A stretch of 7,838 nt of DNA, taken from Zygophlyctis sp. KS116 (taxonomy: Eukaryota; Fungi; Chytridiomycota). Positions 1 through 5,436 of this stretch are shown piece by piece (the stretch's first letter is position 1; each line of letters opens with the position of its first letter). The stretch is from positions 1 to 7,838 of the forward strand of contig BAAFSQ010000398.1 in assembly GCA_054661495.1 (NCBI GenBank), in the 5' to 3' direction. Below the pieces are notes generated by a model. The model made no database searches. It was not told the DNA's origin and was given only the letters and a program-made list of their open reading frames with translations. The position numbers and the translations under genes are program-made.

Positions 1-208
1 TTCTTTTAATGTTTAATAATGTGGCGAAAAGACAATGAGTTTCATCGGAATGCATTGTTCTTTCAATACAAAGATTGAAGATTTCTCATTTTAATAATAA
101 ATTCATGCGATAATTGGTCTATTCTGACAAACACAAAGTTTAATGATTTGTACAAATATTCAGTCTGTCAGACTCAGAAAATCCAACAATAGAAAAATGT
201 TAGTCTTA

Positions 209-664
209 TCATTCTTCTAGATCTACATTTGACAAGAGAGAATTATCAATTTCATTTTTCCAATAAAGTATTTCATCTTGAGCTAAATTCATCAGACTTT
301 CTAATTTATGAATTGTAGCAGTGGATTGGAATATATTTGAGTAAATAGAATCGCAATCCAAAAAATGTGTCCGAACTTTCTGATCTGTCAGAGATTCAAC
401 AGATGTTAGAGATGAAACAGAGACAAGAGATCTAGAAAAATATCTTGTGCCAAATAATAGAGTCCCAGTCTTTGGGTCTCTAGAAATTTCAAATGAAAGC
501 TCATAATCTAAACTAGGAGCAGAAGGAATCACTACAAGTTTCTGAAAAAGCCCACAAAACCAAGACTCTAGTTTTATGAGAGGATCTTCAATGACCGAAT
601 GTCTGGGTAAAGTATCTGATGACTTCCCTCTAATGATTCGAGATAATGTATTGGAATTTGACAT
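209..664 (-). CDS. Hypothetical protein, 151 aa, apparently single exon, no family recognised
   Basis: 456-nt uninterrupted ORF in AT-rich DNA; ATG in the same A-rich context (ttaaaATG) as other genes here; ends TGA followed by TAA. No motif recognised. Confidence 0.6.
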   Translation of the reverse strand: MSNSNTLSRIIRGKSSDTLPRHSVIEDPLIKLESWFCGLFQKLVVIPSAPSLDYELSFEISRDPKTGTLLFGTRYFSRSLVSVSSLTSVESLTDQKVRTHFLDCDSIYSNIFQSTATIHKLESLMNLAQDEILYWKNEIDNSLLSNVDLEE

Positions 665-697
665 TTTAAAAGAGTCTAAAGAATATTTCCGTTTATT

Positions 698-1385
698 TTA
701 TTCCTTGTTATCTATACGATCTGCATTAGCCTTCCCAATACATGGATTTTTAGTAGGAGGATTCCTTGTTGCACAAAATCCAGGAGGACAAGATTCAACC
801 ACAAATCTTTAAATTCAATACAATTAGAAACTTACTTGTCTGCAGACACAAAATGTCTGAATTGTGTATCATCAATACAAATAAAGTCACCAGCCTTGTT
901 TGAAGATGCATTAGTTGATTCAACAGACGATACGCTTGTTGATTCGCTAGAAGCTTCAGCACTTATAGAGCTACTCCCAACCGTGACTGCATTATTAGGA
1001 GGCAATACCGGAGCTACTACTCCTGCCGCTGCAAATCTAGCTTGTTTATCAGCTTCAGTATCACAACTAACACTTGTCCCAGGCTTATTAACTAGTGGCA
1101 ATACATGACAACTTAATCCACCTGCACAATCAGACACCTTGACAAATTTAGAATTCACACATTGTCCTTTAAAATTAAAATGAATATTATTACCAACTGC
1201 ATTTCCTAAACAAACATTGTCCGATCCTGTACAATCTCCTCCGACAACATTTGAAGCTTTTGCATCTACTACATTATATAAATTCAATCAATACCATCTA
1301 ATCTTTTAGCATCTAATCCATTTTGAATCTGTACTGCATTCTGTGCAATAACTGTAGTAATTATTAAACCAATTAAAAGTTTCAT
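698..1385 (-). CDS. Secreted Cys-rich protein (~201 aa): signal peptide, CBM19-like fungal module, Ser/Thr-rich linker, second 4-Cys module
   Basis: Exons 1385-1295, 1268-1194 (or 1265-1194), 1166-836, 806-698 sum to 606 nt in frame; introns 1269-1294 (26 nt), 1167-1193 (27 nt), 807-835 (29 nt), all GTA..AG. Product MKLLIGLIITTVIA/QNAVQIQNGLDAKRL...CTGSDNVCLGNAVGQCVNSKFVKVSDCAGGLSCHVLPLVNKPGTSVSCDTEAD...CIDDTQFRHFVSADKFVVESCPPGFCATRNPPTKNPCIGKANADRIDNKE*. The QNGxDA..C..C..QCV..C..C.LPLVNxxGTSxxCDT pattern matches, from memory, fungal proteins annotated as CBM19-containing. Confidence 0.85.
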
Positions 1386-1676
1386 TTTATACTCCAAGAT
1401 AAAGTATGAGCACTTTAAAGACTGAGTTGCTGCGTGTCCCTGACAAACACTCACTGACTGGACAGGGAATCAAGACTGGTACATGAAAATCAAAAAATCA
1501 TTTATTTTATTCTTTTGTAAGAGTTGAATTCTAAAAAAGAGTTGACTGATTACCTATTGACAATATAATAAAATTGTTTATAGTAGCCTGGTGATAAGCA
1601 GTATTGAATTTGATACATGATCAAAGTGCAGAGTGTGTGGTCAAACACTTGTACGTGGCGCAAATCAAGTCTTTTA

Positions 1677-1829
1677 ATGATAAAGGATGAATTCTGGAGA
1701 AAATCAATCAAAGGATGGTATTTTCTATTCTTATTAATACACAGGACTATAATTTCTGTGATTGGTTTTGGAGCATTGTATGGGATTAAATCTAGATTGA
1801 ATTCCAGGAGAAAGGAATTAAAAGGTTAA
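1677..1829 (+). CDS. 41-aa single-pass membrane microprotein, possibly DUF4748-like
   Basis: Exons 1677-1717 and 1745-1829 with 27-nt intron 1718-1744 (gtattttctattcttattaatacacag) give MIKDEFWRKSIKGWTIISVIGFGALYGIKSRLNSRRKELKG*; hydrophobic stretch flanked by basic residues; AATAAA at 1867-1872. An in-frame upstream ATG exists at 1617, so the start is uncertain. Family resemblance is from memory only. Confidence 0.55.
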   Translation: MIKDEFWRKSIKGWYFLFLLIHRTIISVIGFGALYGIKSRLNSRRKELKG

Positions 1830-2009
1830 TGTTTTATGTAGCAGAGCATACATAAAGTAAAAAATCAATAAAATCTATATACTTTTTTTAAATTCTACTT
1901 TGATTCAGCGTTGAATATCATCTGATCTCCTTAAATCAGAGGAACAGAGGAACAGATGAATCATCTTGAGGATTTAAAGGAGCAGTAAGTGACTCTTGAT
2001 CAGACATTG

Positions 2010-4539
2010 ATGGTCAAATGTAAAACCTTGGACTTGTACTACGAAATCATGTAATCAGCGTCAACTAATGTCATCAGGGAGACTGTACAGGAGAGCACTG
2101 ATCTATTTAAATTGTTTTTCGGTGATGCAATTGAAGGGAATTTAGAACTAAAAGATGATTTTAACGATCGTCCTTGTTATGTAACTGCCAATAGATTAGT
2201 CGTTTTAGAAGCATTTTCTCCTCTGTCAAAGCAAGCTCAGGATTTCTTAATAGCAATCGCTGAACCTGTGACAAGGCCAAATAGAATACATGAATATAAA
2301 ATAACAGAGTTTTCTCTTTATGCGGCGATTTCTGTTGGTTTGGAAACTCTGGGCATTTTATCTGTTTTACGGCAATTATCTAAAACTGAATTACCACAAA
2401 ATGTTGAAGATTTCATTCGTGAAAAAACAATGGCATTTGGCAAAGTCAAGTTGGTTTTGAAAAATGGGGAATATTGGATAGAATCAATGTTTCAAACTGT
2501 CATCTCGACTCTACTTAAAGATTCAATAATAAGGGATTCAAGAGCTGATACAATGCATTCTAGTTTGGAAAAAGAATGGATCACGATTCAAGTTGATCCA
2601 ATTCAACCATTGTCTCTAGGAAGACGTGTAGTCTCGGAACAAGAGATCAAGGATACTTTGGATGGTATTGATTTGTTTCAGGATTGGTCAAATGAGGATA
2701 TTCTAGAAAATTCACCATTGAGAAAAGACTCTTCATTAGATTTACTTTTAGATTCATCATCAGATTTGGAAATTTCAAGAGTGGAGAATTTAATACCAGA
2801 TTATAATCAAGGAAAAGATGATGTTTTTGGTGATGTGATTACGATTGATCAGCAGGATGATGATGAAGGCGATTTATTAGACTTGAAAATTTCAAGTGAT
2901 TCAAAAAAACTAGTTGTAAATACATTTCAGATAAAAAAAGAAACTGTTTCTGATGTTAGGAAACAATGTTTGGCATTAAATTATCCTTTATCAGAAGAAT
3001 ATGATTTTCGTAAAGATCAAAATACACCTTCTTTAGATATTGATTTAAAGGCGGCGACAAAACTGCGGGATTATCAAGAGGAAGGTCTTTCAAAGATGTT
3101 CTCTTCTGGTAGAGGGAGATCTGGTATTATTGTACTTCCTTGTGGGGCTGGAAAAACTTTGGTTGGAGTAACTGCGGCATGTACGATTAAAAAGAGTTGT
3201 TTAGTTTTATGTACATCTGGTGTATCAGTTGATCAATGGGCGAGAGAATTTAGATACTGGTCGACTGTCAATGATGATTCCATTGGAAAATTCACGTCTG
3301 ACAAAAAAGAAAGAGTAATTTGTTTTAATAGCCAATTTGATTTTTAGTTTGTGGGTGAGTCTGGAATTCTAGTAAGCACTTATTCAATGATTACATATTC
3401 TGGAAAAAGAGCATATGATGCCGAAAGGATGATGGAATTTGTTCTTTCCAAAGACTGGGGGCTTTTGATTCTAGATGAAGTTCATGTTGTACCTGCTGAT
3501 ATGTTTAAAAAAGTTTTTACCATTGTAACCTCACACGCCAAGCTCGGATTGACAGCAACACTTGTTAGAGAGGATGACAAAATTGCACATTTAAACTTTT
3601 TATTGGGACCAAAACTGTACGAAGCAAATTGGCTAGAACTCTCTGAACGAGGACACATTGCCAGAGTACAGGTACTATTTCTTTTTACTGAATATTTAGT
3701 GCGCACAAGTTTGGTGTTCAATGACACCTGAATTTTTCAGAGAATATTTATCTTGTAAAAGCAGAAAGCGGCAATTATTATATGTTATGAATCCTATGAA
3801 ACTTCAGGCTTGCCAATATCTAATAGAATTTCATGAAGCTAGTGGTGATAAAACTATAGTATTTTCAGATAACGTTTTTGCTCTCAAACATTATGCGAAT
3901 ACATTTAACAAACCATTTATTTATGGTGGAACATCCTCTTCAGAACGCTCTAGAATCCTTCATCAGTTTCGCTACAATCCGGCATTAAATACTATATTCC
4001 TTAGTAAAGTTGGTGATACTTCTATTGATTTGCCAGAAGCAAGTTGTTTAATTCAAATTTCTAGTCATTATGGAAGTAGAAGACAAGAAGCACAAAGACT
4101 TGGTCGTATTTTAAGAGCCAAAAAACGTAGTGTAGGAAATGAATTCAATGCATTTTTCTACACATTGGTCTCTAAAGATACACAAGAAATGTATTATGCA
4201 GGAAAAAGACAGCAATTTCTTGTTGATCAAGGCTATTCCTTTCGGGTAAATACTTTTTAAAATGAATCCTAGATTATTACAAAACTTCATGGACTAGAAA
4301 ACAATCGAAATCTTGTATATAGAAACAAATCTCAACAGATTGATCTCTTAAATACTGTTCTGTTAGCAGCAGAACCTGAACCGGAACCAGACATGGATTC
4401 ATCATCTCAGGACGAGCCAACTGAAACTTTAGAACCACCAATTAGAAGAATCAAGCGAGGACTTGGCAGTCTTAGCGGAGGGGATTCCATGGCCTATTTA
4501 GAATTTAAAAAAGTTTATATGCGACAACGCCGAACTTGA
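2010..4539 (+). CDS. SSL2: TFIIH DNA helicase/translocase subunit XPB (Ssl2/Rad25/ERCC3 family), ~791-804 aa
   Basis: Exons (2010 or 2049)-2050, 2078-3314, 3348-3671, 3700-4245, 4273-4539; introns 2051-2077 (27), 3315-3347 (33), 3672-3699 (28), 4246-4272 (27). Splicing restores conserved junctions KER|FVGESG, ARVQ|CAQVWC, GYSFR|IITKLHG. Motifs: [30 protein letters not shown], Walker [25 protein letters not shown] (R-E-D loop), [12 protein letters not shown]-terminal [12 protein letters not shown]. 5' end uncertain. Confidence 0.96.
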
Positions 4540-4541
4540 AT

Positions 4542-4567
4542 AATAAAAGATTTTGACAATTTTTATT
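4542..4567. terminator. Pair of opposed AATAAA polyadenylation signals between convergent XPB and RPL19
   Basis: AATAAA on + at 4542-4547 just after the XPB stop; AATAAA on - at 4562-4567 just after the RPL19 stop; stops are 41 nt apart. Confidence 0.55.
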
Positions 4568-4580
4568 AAATCAAAAATAA

Positions 4581-5211
4581 TCAAGCCTTTTTAGGAGCGA
4601 CTACAGGGGTAGCTTCAACTGGAGAAAACATTGCTTCTTTCTTAGCAGCAACACGTTGTTGTCTTCGTTCACGAGCAGCCTTTGTCTTTGCACGATGAGC
4701 TTCAGCTTGATCACTAATTGTTAAAAACTTTTTAATAATATTACGCCAACAATTTAGATCTAGCCTTTTCTGCCTTTGCCTTGTGAATATATTCCATTAA
4801 TACTCTTTTATTTTTAAAGACATTTCCTTTTGATTTCATATAGAGTGAATGATATAAGTGTTTATCAATTTTTCCAGATTCCCGATATTTTCTCAAAAGT
4901 CTTCTTAAAACTCTCATTCTTCTCATCCATAGCACAGCTGTAGGCATACGAGCATCTGCAGTACCCTTTCGCTTACCTGGACCAGTGTGTCTTCCTGATC
5001 TTTTAGAAGCAGCCAAAAGCCGAACTCTGTATCTTGACGCAGAAGCCTCTGGTTTTCTAATAATCAATCCATCCTTTACTAATTTTCTAATATTTTGTCT
5101 AGAATTAGCATTTGAGATTTCATTAGTTTCAGTTGGATCTAACCAGATCTTTCTCTTTCCACATTTTAAGACAGCAGCTGCTAATCTCTTTTGAGTAGTC
5201 AAGTTTGGCAT
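4581..5211 (-). CDS. RPL19: 60S ribosomal protein eL19, 199 aa
   Basis: [83 protein letters not shown]; exons 5211-4745 and 4713-4581 with 31-nt intron 4714-4744 (gtaatattattaaaaagtttttaacaattag) restore ..[28 protein letters not shown]. Confidence 0.98.
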
Positions 5212-5436
5212 TTTTTTTCTGTACGCCACAGCTGTTCCTTGTCTTGGCCTTGTCTTGGCCTTGCCGTTGCCTTGGCTCTTATTGTAGGTCCATCAAATCA
5301 AATTTGGTTTCCATTGGGGAAAATTCTCATGATAAGACATGTCAAGAAACCTGGCAAAAAACACGCAAAATCTCTTACAAAAGTTTAGAAAAACAGGAAA
5401 AAACACCTACAAAAGACGTCAAAGTGTAGGAAAACT
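5212..5436. promoter_or_regulatory. Divergent (likely bidirectional) promoter region between RPL19 and the CRN-type gene
   Basis: 225 nt between two head-to-head ATGs (5211 on -, 5437 on +). Inferred from position only. Confidence 0.55.
5237..5280. repeat. Four tandem 11-nt units with invariant CCTTG core
   Basis: ccttgtcttgg ccttgtcttgg ccttgccgttg ccttggctctt read directly. Confidence 0.85.

Noticed and set aside
1-110. Possible end or start of a neighbouring gene at the left edge
   Set aside because: All frames are short; an AATAAA near 96-101 hints at a + strand 3' end but no coding segment can be supported.
1550-1825. Stop-free minus-strand frame of ~91 codons
   Set aside because: No ATG near its start, no motif; the + strand model has an intron, a plausible product and a poly(A) signal.
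1956-4539. Stop-codon reassignment (TAA/TAG read-through) or pseudogenisation explaining in-frame stops in XPB
   Set aside because: Every internal stop or frame change falls in a GT..AG intron whose removal restores conserved sequence, and TAA terminates other genes here.
5212-5229. N-terminal extension of eL19 (MAYRKK) in the ORF track
   Set aside because: Uses a GTG start; eL19 homology begins at the ATG at 5211.
5237-5280. CRISPR-like array
   Set aside because: Units are 11 nt, directly adjacent, with no spacers; eukaryotic context.
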